Positions 1 through 10,063 of a DNA stretch of 64,000 nucleotides are shown here, in pieces. A program made the position numbers and the translations under genes. Below the pieces are notes generated by a model that worked only from the letters and a program-made list of their open reading frames with translations, was not told the DNA's origin and did no database searches. Within the stretch, counting starts at the first letter, position 1. Each line of letters begins with the position of its first letter. The stretch is from an uncultured Halobacteriales archaeon (lineage in GTDB: Archaea > Halobacteriota > Halobacteria > Halobacteriales > Haloarculaceae), in NCBI GenBank assembly GCA_964426325.1, contig CAYRQD010000001.1, forward strand, positions 82,193 to 146,192, given 5' to 3'.

Positions 1-686
1 ACGCCGTCGAGTTCGCGAGCGACGGGCTGATCGAACTCGACGATGACTACGCCTCGACCTCCTCGATCATGCCACAAAAAAAGAATCCGGACACGCTCGA
101 GCTCGCCCGCGCCCGGGTCGGAGACGCCGGCGCCGCGGTCAACGCCGTGCTCACGACCCTGGCCGGGCTCCCGCGGGCGTACAACCGCGATCTCCAGCGG
201 GTGACGACCCACTTCTGGGAGGCGATCGACGAGACCGCCCCGGCCGTCGAGGTCGCCGTCGGCGCGGTCGCGACCGCCGACTGGCCCACGGACCGGCTCG
301 CCGCGGCCGCCACGGCGGACTTCTCGACCGCCACCGGCGTCGCCGACCGGCTGGCAATGGCCGGACTCCCTTTCCGGACCGCACACGAGATCGTCGCCGA
401 GGCCGCCGCCGCGACCGAGGGCACGCCCGACGTCGCAGCGATCCTCGCCGCCGTCGCGGAGCACGATGTCGAGCCCGACGAGGAGGCGCTCGCGGCGGCG
501 CTCTCCGCGGCCGGCAGCGTCGAGATGCGGGATTCCCGGGGCGGCCCGGCGCCCGCGGCCGTCGCCGACGCCCGCGAGCGGGCCGGAGCGAGACTCGCCG
601 CCCACCGCGAGGCAGCCACGACCCGACGGCGGCGGCTCGACGACGCGACGACTCGACTCGCGACGGAGGTCGATCGGTATGTCTGA
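1..686 (+). CDS. argH: argininosuccinate lyase (5' truncated by window edge)
   Basis: Frame open from base 3; lyase signature STSSIMPQKKNPD, GLPRAYNRDLQ, GLPFRTAHEIV; sits upstream of the arg cluster. Confidence 0.95.
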   Translation, partial: AVEFASDGLIELDDDYASTSSIMPQKKNPDTLELARARVGDAGAAVNAVLTTLAGLPRAYNRDLQRVTTHFWEAIDETAPAVEVAVGAVATADWPTDRLAAAATADFSTATGVADRLAMAGLPFRTAHEIVAEAAAATEGTPDVAAILAAVAEHDVEPDEEALAAALSAAGSVEMRDSRGGPAPAAVADARERAGARLAAHREAATTRRRRLDDATTRLATEVDRYV

Positions 687-814
687 GCGACCGCCGTCCC
701 CGTCGGGGTACATATCAATATACATAACATAATCGAAAGAAGCTCGCAATAGGGCCGTTCTGAACCCGCTTAGTCCGAAGTCCATACTATAATCTTGATG
801 GTATTTTCGAAGTG

Positions 815-820
815 TTTAAG
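815..820 (+). promoter_or_regulatory. putative TATA box (TTTAAG) for the argW/lysW operon
   Basis: AT-rich intergenic segment; TTTAAG lies 25-30 nt upstream of ATG 845, typical haloarchaeal leaderless spacing. Confidence 0.55.
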
Positions 821-844
821 TATAACACCGTCCGAACGGGAGGT

Positions 845-1012
845 ATGCCAGCCGACTGCATCGAGTGCGGCGCGGAGATCAGCCTGCACCACGAGGTAGA
901 GACCGGAGAGATCGTCGACTGTGGCACCTGCGGGGCGGAGCTCGAGGTCATCGGGGTCGACCCGATCCTCGTCGACACCGCGCCCGAACTCGAGGAGGAC
1001 TGGGGAGAGTGA
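845..1012 (+). CDS. lysW: amino-group carrier protein LysW/ArgW
   Basis: 55 aa, CxxC...CxxC zinc ribbon, diagnostic C-terminal EEDWGE. Confidence 0.95.
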   Translation: MPADCIECGAEISLHHEVETGEIVDCGTCGAELEVIGVDPILVDTAPELEEDWGE

Positions 1013-1067
1013 GCCACGCCAGGAATCGTCTCGAATCGACCGGCGGTGGCGACGGGTCGATCCGGCG

Positions 1068-1919
1068 ATGAACGTCGGCGTGCTGTACTCCCGGATCCGC
1101 CGGGACGAGAAGCTGCTGCTCGGCGAGCTGCGCGAGCGGGGCCACGACGTGACGAAAATCGACGTTCGCGAGCAGCGGTTCGGGCTCGCCGACGCGCCGG
1201 CGGCCCTCGACGTCGATCTGCTGGTCGACCGGTGTCTGGCCACCAGCCGGAGTCTGTACGCGACCCGCTTCGCGGAGGCCTACGGTGTGCCCGCGGTCAA
1301 CGACGCCGCGACGGCCCGGGTGTGTGCGAACAAGGTCGAGACCAGCCTGGCCCTAGCCGCGGCGGGCGTGCCGACGCCGGCGACGGAGGTTGCCTTCACC
1401 GTCGAGAGCGCGCTCGCGGCCGTCGAGTCGTTCGGCTACCCGTGCGTGCTCAAGCCCGTCGTTGGTTCGTGGGGCCGGCTGATGGCGAAGATCGACTCCC
1501 GAACGGCCGCGGAGGCGATCTTCGAGCACAAGGCAACGCTCGGTCACTACGAGCACAAGATCTTTTACCTGCAGGAGTACGTCGACAAGCCCGGCCGGGA
1601 CATCCGCGTGCTCGCGGCCGACGGCGAGCCGATCGCAGCGATGACCCGCAGCGGCGAGCACTGGCTCACCAACGCCGCCCAGGGGGCGGAGACCGCCGCC
1701 TTCGAGCTCGACGACCGGGCCCGGAAGCTGGTCCGTGCGGCGAGCGACGCCGTCGGCGGCGGCCTGCTCGGGGTCGATCTGATGGAGACCGACGAGGGCT
1801 ACACTGTCCACGAGCTCAACCACACCGTCGAGTTCAAGGCCCTGAACGAGGCGACCGACGCCGACGTGCCCGCTCGGGTGGTCGACTGGCTCGAGGCCCG
1901 CGCGGAGGTGGCCGCGTGA
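1068..1919 (+). CDS. argX: glutamate--LysW ligase (ATP-grasp, LysX/ArgX)
   Basis: MNVGVLYSRIRRDEKLL, KPVVGSWGRLMAK, HELNHTVEFKAL; follows lysW. Confidence 0.92.
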   Translation: MNVGVLYSRIRRDEKLLLGELRERGHDVTKIDVREQRFGLADAPAALDVDLLVDRCLATSRSLYATRFAEAYGVPAVNDAATARVCANKVETSLALAAAGVPTPATEVAFTVESALAAVESFGYPCVLKPVVGSWGRLMAKIDSRTAAEAIFEHKATLGHYEHKIFYLQEYVDKPGRDIRVLAADGEPIAAMTRSGEHWLTNAAQGAETAAFELDDRARKLVRAASDAVGGGLLGVDLMETDEGYTVHELNHTVEFKALNEATDADVPARVVDWLEARAEVAA

Positions 1920-2959
1920 GCCCGAGCGCACCCGCCACCGCGAGCGTGGTCGGCGCGAGCGGCTACGCCGGCGGGGAGCTCGTGCGGTTGCTCGCCGATC
2001 ACCCCGAGTTCGAGCTCGTCCAGGCGACCAGCCGCTCGGAGACCAATCGCACGGTCGGACACGTCCACCCGAACCTCCGGGATCTCGACCTGCGCTTTAC
2101 AGATCCCGGTGAGCTTGAGCCCGTCGACGTGCTGTTCGCGGCGACGCCTCACGGCGTCTCGATGACCGAGATCGACCGCTACCGGGCGGCCGCGGAGACG
2201 GTCGTCGACCTGTCGGCGGACTTCCGGCTCTCGGATCCGAGTGTCTACGACCGGTACTACGACGGCCACGACCGCCCGGAACTGCTCGGGGAGGCCGTCT
2301 ACGCGCTGCCGGAGCTGCACCGCGAGGAGCTGCCCGGCGCGGAGCTGATCGCGGTCGGCGGCTGCAACGCGACCGCGGCGATCCTCGCGCTCGCGCCGCT
2401 CGTCGAGGCCGGACTGGTCGGCGAGCCGACGGTCGTCGACCTGAAGGTCGGCTCGAGCGAGGGCGGCGCCGCCGCCGGCGCGGCCGGCTCGCACCCCGAA
2501 CGCTCCGGGGTCGTCCGGCCGTACGCCCCGACGGGTCACCGCCACGAGGCCGAACTCGCGGCCGAACTCGGGGTCGAGGCGGCTCTCACCGTCCACGCCG
2601 TGGACATGACCCGCGGCGCGGCCGCGACCTGTCACGCCTTCTCGGAGGCCGCGGCGTCCGTCGAGCGCGGCGACCTCTGGGCGGCCTACCGCGAGCGGTA
2701 CGACGACGAGCCGTTCGTCGACGTGGTCGCCGGCGGCGGCGGACTCTACCGGTACCCCGAACCGAAGGTCGTCGCCGGGACGAACCGCGCGGAGGTCGGG
2801 TTCGCGGTCGATACCGATCGGATCGTCGCTTTCGGCGCGATCGACAACCTGCTGAAGGGCGCGGCCGGCCAGGCCGTCCAGGCTGCGAACGTCGCCGTCG
2901 GGGCCGAGGAGACCGCCGGCCTCGATCACCGGGGACTCCACCCCGTGGGGGCACCATGA
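1916..2959 (+). CDS. argC: LysW-glutamyl-phosphate reductase (ArgC/LysY)
   Basis: GASGYAGGE, GGCNATA, DNLLKGAAGQAVQ; GTGA overlap with argX. Confidence 0.93.
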   Translation: MSPSAPATASVVGASGYAGGELVRLLADHPEFELVQATSRSETNRTVGHVHPNLRDLDLRFTDPGELEPVDVLFAATPHGVSMTEIDRYRAAAETVVDLSADFRLSDPSVYDRYYDGHDRPELLGEAVYALPELHREELPGAELIAVGGCNATAAILALAPLVEAGLVGEPTVVDLKVGSSEGGAAAGAAGSHPERSGVVRPYAPTGHRHEAELAAELGVEAALTVHAVDMTRGAAATCHAFSEAAASVERGDLWAAYRERYDDEPFVDVVAGGGGLYRYPEPKVVAGTNRAEVGFAVDTDRIVAFGAIDNLLKGAAGQAVQAANVAVGAEETAGLDHRGLHPVGAP

Positions 2960-3828
2960 CCGGGGCGCCGGTAGTGATAAAGGTCGGCGGCGCCCGGGCG
3001 GTCGACCAGGGCGGAACGCTGTCCTCGATCGCCGAGCTGGCCGCCGACCGGGAGGCGGTCGTCGTCCACGGCGGCTCGACGGCCGTCGACGACCAGCTGA
3101 CCGAACTCGGGATCGAGCCCGAGTACGTCGAGACGCCCGAGGGGGTCGTCGGTCGGTTCACCGACGCCGAGACGATGGCGGTCTTCGAGATGGTCATGCC
3201 GGGCCGGCTGAACACCGACGCCGTCGCCCGGCTCCGCACAGCGGGCGTCGACGCGGTCGGACTCTCCGGGCTGGACGGCGGGCTCCTGTCGGGGCCACGC
3301 ACCGACGCCGTCCGGGTGCAGGACGGCGACCGGAAGCGGATCCGCCGGGGCGATCACTCCGGGCGGATCGAGTCGGTCAACGCCGACCTGCTCGAGGGGC
3401 TGCTCGCTGATGGGTACACCCCGGTCGTCTCGCCCCCGATGGCCGGACGCGACGACGGGACCGTGGTACCGGTCAACACCGACTCCGACCGGGCCGCGGC
3501 GGCGATCGCAGCCGCGCTCGGGGCCACGCTCGCCGTGCTCACCGACGTTCCGGGCGTGCTCGCGGACCCCGACGACGAAGGAACGTTGATCGAACGCGTC
3601 GCGACGCCCGACGAGTGGGCCGAACTTACCGCGGCTGCCGAGGGATTCATGCAACGGAAAATCATGGCACTCGAAGCGGCACTGACCGGCGGCGCCCGGC
3701 GGGCGATCGTCGCCGACGCGACCGTCGACCGTCCGGCCCAGGTCGCACTGTCCGGCGGAGGCACCCACGTCCTGCCCGCGGCCGTCGGCGAACCTGCGCC
3801 CGAGTCGGGCGCGGAGGCCGAGCGATGA
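2956..3828 (+). CDS. argB: LysW-glutamate kinase (ArgB/LysZ)
   Basis: VIKVGGA, VVHGGS, NTDSDRAAA, LTDVPG; ATGA overlap. Confidence 0.93.
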   Translation: MTGAPVVIKVGGARAVDQGGTLSSIAELAADREAVVVHGGSTAVDDQLTELGIEPEYVETPEGVVGRFTDAETMAVFEMVMPGRLNTDAVARLRTAGVDAVGLSGLDGGLLSGPRTDAVRVQDGDRKRIRRGDHSGRIESVNADLLEGLLADGYTPVVSPPMAGRDDGTVVPVNTDSDRAAAAIAAALGATLAVLTDVPGVLADPDDEGTLIERVATPDEWAELTAAAEGFMQRKIMALEAALTGGARRAIVADATVDRPAQVALSGGGTHVLPAAVGEPAPESGAEAER

Positions 3829-4949
3829 CCGGCTTCGTCTACTCGGAGAAGCCAATCGAGATCGTCTCCGGTGAGGGACCGTACCTGTACGACGACGACG
3901 GCCGGGAGTATCTCGACATGGGGGCGAGCTACGCCTGCGTGCCGCTGGGTCACGGCCACGAGGCCGTCGACCGAGCGGTCCGCGAGCAGTTGGACGAGCT
4001 CACGTTCGTCCAGGCCTCGTATCCCGTCGCCGCGCGGACGGCGCTGTACGACCTGCTCGCGGAGACCGCCCCCGGCGACGCCGGCAACGTCTGGCTGTGT
4101 AACTCCGGCGCGGAGGCAAACGAGGCGGCGCTGAAGTTCGCCCGGGCGGCCACCGGCCGTTCGAAGATCGTCGCCACGATGCAGGGCTTTCACGGCCGGA
4201 CGATGGGAGCGCTCGCGACCACCTGGAAGGACAAGTACAAATCTCCCTACGAGCCGCTGATCGGCGACGTCGAGTTCGTCCCGTACAACGATCCGGCGGC
4301 GATGACAGACGCCGTCGACGAGGAGACCGCGGCGGTGATCGTCGAGCCGATCCAGGGCGAGGGCGGCATCAATCCCGGCACGAAGGAGTTCCTCCAGACC
4401 ACGCGCGTCGAGACCGCGACCAGCGGCGCGGCACTCGTGATGGACGAGGTCCAGACCGGCCTCGGCCGGACCGGCCGGCTGTGGGCCAGCGACCGGGTCG
4501 ATGTCGTGCCCGACATGCTCACCGCCGCGAAGGGACTGGGCAACGGCCTGCCGATCGGGGCGACGCTGTGTCGTGACTGGATCGCCGAGGCCCACGGCTC
4601 CCACGGCTCGACGTTCAGCGGCGGCCCCGTCGTCTCGGCGGCGGCCGGCGCCACCGTCTCGACGCTGCTTGAGGCGGAGCTGCCGGCACGGGCCGCCGAT
4701 GTCGGAGCCTACCTCCGGGATCGGCTGGCAGAACTCGAGAACGCTCGGGCGGTCCGCGGGGAGGGGCTGATGATCGGGATCGAAGTCGGCCGGGGCGCAA
4801 ACGGGGTCCTCCGCGAGCTCGCCTTAGAACACGGCCTGCTCGCGCTGCCGGCCGGTCGGACGGTCGTTCGGCTGCTCCCACCGCTGACGATCACCCGCGA
4901 GCACGCCGATCGGGCCGTCGCCGCACTCGCGGCGGTGATCGACGAGTGA
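3825..4949 (+). CDS. argD: LysW-ornithine aminotransferase (class III PLP, ArgD/LysJ)
   Basis: NSGAEANEAALK, FHGRT, DEVQTGLGRTG, AAKGLGNG; ATGA overlap. Confidence 0.93.
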   Translation: MTGFVYSEKPIEIVSGEGPYLYDDDGREYLDMGASYACVPLGHGHEAVDRAVREQLDELTFVQASYPVAARTALYDLLAETAPGDAGNVWLCNSGAEANEAALKFARAATGRSKIVATMQGFHGRTMGALATTWKDKYKSPYEPLIGDVEFVPYNDPAAMTDAVDEETAAVIVEPIQGEGGINPGTKEFLQTTRVETATSGAALVMDEVQTGLGRTGRLWASDRVDVVPDMLTAAKGLGNGLPIGATLCRDWIAEAHGSHGSTFSGGPVVSAAAGATVSTLLEAELPARAADVGAYLRDRLAELENARAVRGEGLMIGIEVGRGANGVLRELALEHGLLALPAGRTVVRLLPPLTITREHADRAVAALAAVIDE

Positions 4950-5959
4950 CCCGCCCCCGCGAGCTGCTCGTCGAGCTCGTCGAGACCCCCTCGGTCAGCG
5001 GCGACGAGGCCGCCTGTGCCGATCGACTCGTCGAGTACTTCCGCGCGCACGGTAGAGAGGCGTGGCTGGACCCGGCCGGTAACGTCCGGGCGCCCGGGGA
5101 CGACGAACTGCTGCTCACCTCCCATCTCGACACCGTGCCCGGGGAGATCCCGGTCCGGGTCGAGGACGGGACGCTGTGGGGGCGGGGAAGCGTCGACGCG
5201 AAGGGGTCGCTCGCGGCGCTCGCTGTTGCCGTGGTCCGCTCGGGGGCGACTTTCGCCGGCGTCGTCGACGAGGAACGGCGCTCTCGGGGAGCCCGTCACC
5301 TGGTCGAGGACCGCCCGGCTCCCGGGGCGGTAATAAACGGCGAGCCCTCCGGGTGGGACGGCCTGACGCTTGGCTACCGCGGCCTGCTCGCTGGGACCTA
5401 CGTCTGTACCTCCGAATCCGGGCACAGCTCCCGCCCCGAGAACAACGCTATCCAGGACGCGTTCGCGTGGTGGAGCCGCGTCGAGGCGGCCCTCGAGCGC
5501 GACGAGTGGCACTCGGCGTTCGAGCGGGTCACGCCAAAGCCTGTCGCCGTCGAGGGCGGCCCGACCCCCGACGGGCTCTCGGTGGAGGCGACCGTCGACG
5601 TCGAGTTCCGGGTGCCCCCAGACCGAACGGCCGCCGACGTCAGGGAACTCGTAGACGGCTGTCTCGAGGCCGGCACGGTCAACTGGCAGGACGCCGTCGA
5701 GCCGGTGCTCGAGAGCCCGCGCACGCCGGTCGCCCGGGCCTTCCGCGCGGCGATCAGGGCCGCGGACGGCGAGCCCCGCATGCTGCGCAAGACCGGCACG
5801 AGCGACATGAACGTCTACGCCGAGGCCTGGGACTGTCCGATCGTCTCCTACGGGCCCGGCGACTCGGGACTGGATCACGCACCCGACGAGCGGCTCCCGC
5901 TCGCGGCCTTCGACCGGGCGGTCGAGGTACTCGAGACGGTCACGGAGCGACTGCTATGA
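4946..5959 (+). CDS. argE: LysW-ornithine hydrolase (M20, ArgE/LysK)
   Basis: SHLDTVPG, GRGSVDAKG, DEE, GEPSG, YGPGDSGLDHAPDE. Confidence 0.9.
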   Translation: MTRPRELLVELVETPSVSGDEAACADRLVEYFRAHGREAWLDPAGNVRAPGDDELLLTSHLDTVPGEIPVRVEDGTLWGRGSVDAKGSLAALAVAVVRSGATFAGVVDEERRSRGARHLVEDRPAPGAVINGEPSGWDGLTLGYRGLLAGTYVCTSESGHSSRPENNAIQDAFAWWSRVEAALERDEWHSAFERVTPKPVAVEGGPTPDGLSVEATVDVEFRVPPDRTAADVRELVDGCLEAGTVNWQDAVEPVLESPRTPVARAFRAAIRAADGEPRMLRKTGTSDMNVYAEAWDCPIVSYGPGDSGLDHAPDERLPLAAFDRAVEVLETVTERLL

Positions 5960-6852
5960 GCGACGGTCCGCGCGCGATACTCGACGTCGACGACCTCGCC
6001 CCCGCGGAGCTCGCGGAGGTACTCGAGCTGGCCGCCGAGCTGAAAGCCGGCGACGGCGGGCCCCGCCTCGATCGAACCCTCGCGCTGTTGTTCGAACAGC
6101 CCTCGACCCGGACCCGGGTCTCCTTCGAGGCCGGGATCGGTCGGTTGGGCGGTCGCGCGGTCTTTCTCGGACCGGACCAGACCCAGCTCGGCCGCGGCGA
6201 GCCGATCCGGGACACGGCCCGGGCGCTCTCGCAGTACGTCGACGTCGTCGCCGCCCGGGTCGGGACCCATGCCGACCTCGCGGAGCTCGCGGAGTACGCC
6301 TCGGTCCCGGTGATCAACGCCCTGACCGACGCCGCACACCCCTGCCAGACGCTCGCGGACCTGCTGACGATCCGCGAACGGCACGGCGAGGACGCTCGGG
6401 TCGCCTGGGTGGGTGACGGCAACAACGTCTGTCAGTCCCTCGCCGTGGGCGCGGCGATGACCGACCTGGAGCTGACGATCGCGACGCCGCCGGGCTACGA
6501 GATCGACCGCGGGGTCCGCGACCGGGCTGGGGCGCTCGGCGGGGCCCCCGAAGAGACCACCGACCCGGCCGCGGCGGTCGCCGAGGCCGACGCCGTCTAC
6601 ACCGACGTCTGGGTGAGCATGAGCCAGTCCGTCGACCGGAAAACAAAGCTCCGGGCCTTCGAGGGCTTTCAGGTCACCCGCGAGCTTCTGGGCCGGCGGA
6701 CGCTGCTTCACTGCCTGCCCGCCCACCGCGGCGAGGAGGTCACCGACGCTGCCCTCGAAGCCAAAAACAGTGCCGTCTGGCAGCAGGCCGAAAACCGGCT
6801 CCACGCGCAGAACGCGTTGCTCGTCTGGCTCTTCGACCAGTATCAACGCTGA
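5956..6852 (+). CDS. argF: ornithine carbamoyltransferase
   Basis: PSTRTRVSF, HPCQTLAD, DVWVSM, HCLPAHRGEE. Confidence 0.95.
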   Translation: MSDGPRAILDVDDLAPAELAEVLELAAELKAGDGGPRLDRTLALLFEQPSTRTRVSFEAGIGRLGGRAVFLGPDQTQLGRGEPIRDTARALSQYVDVVAARVGTHADLAELAEYASVPVINALTDAAHPCQTLADLLTIRERHGEDARVAWVGDGNNVCQSLAVGAAMTDLELTIATPPGYEIDRGVRDRAGALGGAPEETTDPAAAVAEADAVYTDVWVSMSQSVDRKTKLRAFEGFQVTRELLGRRTLLHCLPAHRGEEVTDAALEAKNSAVWQQAENRLHAQNALLVWLFDQYQR

Positions 6853-6903
6853 AAACGACTTCCGAACGGTTATGTCGCTCACCGAACAAGCTCCGAGAGA
6901 GCG

Positions 6904-9036
6904 ATGCCTGCCCCGGTTCTCGTGGCGTACGTTGGTGACGAGCGCCGAGGGGTCGACCTGCTCGAGCTGTTCGAGTCCCGGCTCCACCGCTCGGTCCACG
7001 CGGCGACGGCCGGTCCGGACGGTGCCGAGCGGGTTCTCGAGGCGCCGGTCGACGCGGTCGTCTGCGGCCCGGAGCTGTCGCCCGCCGAGCTCCAGACGGT
7101 CGTCTTCGAGACCGCGGACCGGCGGCCTGGCGCGCCGATCTTTAATCTGACCGGCGAGCCGGTCGCGGCCCCCGAGCGGCTCGACGTTCGTCAGTTCGAC
7201 GCGGGTACGCCCGCCGAGACGGCGGTCGAACGGCTGGCCGGGGCAGTCGTCGACGGCGACGCCGAGCCCCGCACGCTCGGCCAGTACCTCGCAGTCGACG
7301 ACGCCTGGCGGGTCGTCGACTGGGACCCTCGGCTGGCCGAGTGGACGGGCGCCGCCCCCGCCGAGGCGATCGGCGAGTCGCTGTGGACGGTGCTGCCGGC
7401 CGGCCGGGACGGCGAGCTTGCCGCCACATACCGCGAGGCCGCTGCGGCGGGCGAGCCGACCACGACCGAGGTGTTTCACGCCCCCACGGAGCGGTGGTTC
7501 AGCCTGCGGGTGGTCCCGCTCCGGGCCGGTGGACTCGAGTCGTATCTCCACGAGATCACCGAGTACCGCGAGCAGGCCTTCGGCGCCGGCGGCCGGCTCG
7601 AACAGACCCTCGATCGCATTACGGACGCGTTTTTCGCCCTCGACACCGACGAGCGGTTCGTCTTTCTCAACAGCCGCGCCGAGTTCGTCCTCGACGTGGA
7701 GGAAGAGTCGGTGCTGGGCCGACGGTTCCCGGAGGTGTTTCCCGCCGCGACCGGAACGGACCTCTACGAGGCGTTCCGCGAGGCCCTCTCCTCCCGGGAG
7801 CCGACGAGCTTCCGGGAGTACTACCGCCCGCTCGAACGCTGGTTCGAGGTCAACGCCTATCCCTCTGAGGACGGCCTGTCGGTGTTTCTCCGCGACGTCA
7901 CCGAACAGGTCAGACTCCGGCACCGGCTCGAACAGCTCCACGAGGTCACCCGGGAGCTCGTGGTCGCCGAATCCGACGACGTGATCGCCGCCGAGACGGT
8001 CCGCGCCGCGGCGGACGTGCTCGGGTACAACCGCGTGATCGTCTGGCGCCACGACCAACAGACCCAGCGGCTCGTCCCGATCGCCGCCGGCGCGGGGATC
8101 GAGGCCGACCCGGCGACGGACGAGGACGCAGCACCCGGCCCGGTCGCCCCCGGTACGGAGCCGATCTGGAGCGTCCACGAGGACGGCGAGTCCCAGCTCA
8201 CGGGCTATGTCCCGGCGGCCGCGACCGCGGAGTACCGGCCTGACGCCGTCGCCTCGGAGCTGCTCGTCCCGATCGGGGAGTACGGCGTCCTCGCGGTCTA
8301 CGACGAGCAACGCGACGCCTTCGACGAGCCCGACACGGAGCTGTTTCGCGTGCTCGCCGGGGCGGCCGCCTCGGCGTTTGCCAGGGCCCGCCGTGAACGC
8401 CAGCTGGCCCGGCGCAACGAACGCCTCGACGAGTTCGCGAGCGTCGTGAGCCACGACCTGCGCAACCCGATCAGCGTCGCGGCCGCCCACGTCGAGCTCG
8501 CCCGCGACGCCGAGGATCCGAGCCAACACCTCGATACGATCGACGAAGCGCTCTTTCGGATGGAGGACCTGATCGACGACCTACTCGCCCGCGCCCGGGG
8601 CGACCGCGAGCTCGCCCGCGAGGAGCTCTCGCTTGCGGAAACCGCCCGAGACGCCTGGGAGAGCGTCGACACCGCCGCGGCCAGCCTCACCGTCGACGAC
8701 GCGCGTCTCAACGCCGATCCCGACAGGCTCCGGCAGCTGTTCGAGAACCTGTTTCGCAACGCCGTCGAACACGTCGGCGAGGACGTCGCGGTCCGGATCG
8801 GCCCCCGCGAGAGCGGGTTCTACGTCGCCGACGACGGCCCTGGCATCCCCCCCGATCAGCGCGAGGAGATCTTCGAGCAGGGCGTCACCCACTCCGAGTC
8901 CGGCACCGGGTTCGGGCTCGCGATCGTCGCAGACATCGTCGAGGGACACGGCTGGACGATCGAGGTCGGCGACGCCGCGGCCGGTGGCGCCCGCTTCGAG
9001 GTCACCGGGGTCCGATCGCTCGCTCCCGCCCGGTAA
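6904..9036 (+). CDS. sensor histidine kinase (degenerate receiver - PAS - PAS - GAF - HisKA - HATPase)
   Basis: H-box VVSHDLRNP, N-box ENLFRNAVEH, DDGPGI, GTGFGL; PAS motif DAFFALD...WFEVNAYP. Confidence 0.9.
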   Translation: MPAPVLVAYVGDERRGVDLLELFESRLHRSVHAATAGPDGAERVLEAPVDAVVCGPELSPAELQTVVFETADRRPGAPIFNLTGEPVAAPERLDVRQFDAGTPAETAVERLAGAVVDGDAEPRTLGQYLAVDDAWRVVDWDPRLAEWTGAAPAEAIGESLWTVLPAGRDGELAATYREAAAAGEPTTTEVFHAPTERWFSLRVVPLRAGGLESYLHEITEYREQAFGAGGRLEQTLDRITDAFFALDTDERFVFLNSRAEFVLDVEEESVLGRRFPEVFPAATGTDLYEAFREALSSREPTSFREYYRPLERWFEVNAYPSEDGLSVFLRDVTEQVRLRHRLEQLHEVTRELVVAESDDVIAAETVRAAADVLGYNRVIVWRHDQQTQRLVPIAAGAGIEADPATDEDAAPGPVAPGTEPIWSVHEDGESQLTGYVPAAATAEYRPDAVASELLVPIGEYGVLAVYDEQRDAFDEPDTELFRVLAGAAASAFARARRERQLARRNERLDEFASVVSHDLRNPISVAAAHVELARDAEDPSQHLDTIDEALFRMEDLIDDLLARARGDRELAREELSLAETARDAWESVDTAAASLTVDDARLNADPDRLRQLFENLFRNAVEHVGEDVAVRIGPRESGFYVADDGPGIPPDQREEIFEQGVTHSESGTGFGLAIVADIVEGHGWTIEVGDAAAGGARFEVTGVRSLAPAR

Positions 9037-9117
9037 GCCGCCTGACGGACGCCCTGACGAGCGGGCCGAAACTGGACGTTCGTAAGATTGTAGTCCCGCG
9101 CCCGCCTGTCTCCGCCG

Positions 9118-9570
9118 ATGACCTACGAGGATCTCGACCGACGACTGGTCAACGCGCTGCTGGGTGACGGGCGCGCCAGCCTCAGAAACCTCGCCGAACA
9201 GCTCGAGGTCTCGGTCACGACCGTCTCGAATCACCTCTCGGAGCTCGAGGAGGCCGGCACGATTGAGGGGTACACGCCAGTCGTCGATTACGCCACGCTC
9301 GGGTACGACGTCACGGCGATCATCCAGCTCAACGTCGAGGGCAAGGCGTTAGTCGAGGTCACCGAGCGGCTGGCCGACCAGCCCCAGATGATCAGCGTCT
9401 ACGAGGTGACCGGCGACCACGACATCGTCGCGATCGGCAAGTTCGAGGACACCGACGACATGAACGCGACGATCAAGGAGCTGCTCACGACCCCGGAGAT
9501 CAAGGAGTCGAACACGAGCGTCGTGCTCAACCCCGAGAAAGAACACGAGCAGTTCACGCTCGACGTCTGA
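9118..9570 (+). CDS. lrp: Lrp/AsnC family transcriptional regulator
   Basis: [26 protein letters not shown] plus RAM domain ([10 protein letters not shown]); resembles haloarchaeal Lrp. Confidence 0.9.
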   Translation: MTYEDLDRRLVNALLGDGRASLRNLAEQLEVSVTTVSNHLSELEEAGTIEGYTPVVDYATLGYDVTAIIQLNVEGKALVEVTERLADQPQMISVYEVTGDHDIVAIGKFEDTDDMNATIKELLTTPEIKESNTSVVLNPEKEHEQFTLDV

Positions 9571-10063
9571 CCGAGCGGCTCGAACCAGACGGCCGCGACC
9601 AGGCAGGCCAGAAAGACCCACGGCCCAACCAGTAGCACTGCCGCGGTCTCGGACCGCGCCTGCGCCCCGGCGGTGGCGAAGTCGGCCCCGCCCCCGGCTC
9701 CGACGAGCGCGTACCGACACTCTGAGGGGTCAGTGGGTTGTCCTCCTCGACGCGCCGTGTACACCGCCGGGCCAGTCGCGAGTGTGCCGCCCGGTCGGCG
9801 GCGCGAACTCCCCGACGACCGCGCCGAACGGCGCCGCCGGGGCGCACGAAGACCGGATACACCTGCGAGCGTTCGCCTCGCAGGTCGGCGCGGGGCGCCG
9901 CCGCATGCCGGGCGATCGCCGTGCCGAGGGGAGCGCTGCCGAGCGATTACCACCATCCACTGTCTCGTCGGCCGGCCAAATCTTTATGTACGTCTCACAC
10001 ATTGTTCTCATCGATGACAATCGTGTCGTGTCACCCCGGCAGCCCCCCGGGAGGTTCCCCTCG

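Noticed and set aside
5875..8529. 884-aa minus-strand ORF and many other long overlapping ORFs (e.g. 21328-23106, 41382-43154, 44700-46388)
   Set aside because: Antisense or off-frame shadows of well-supported genes in high-GC DNA; Arg/Pro/Ser-rich with no motifs
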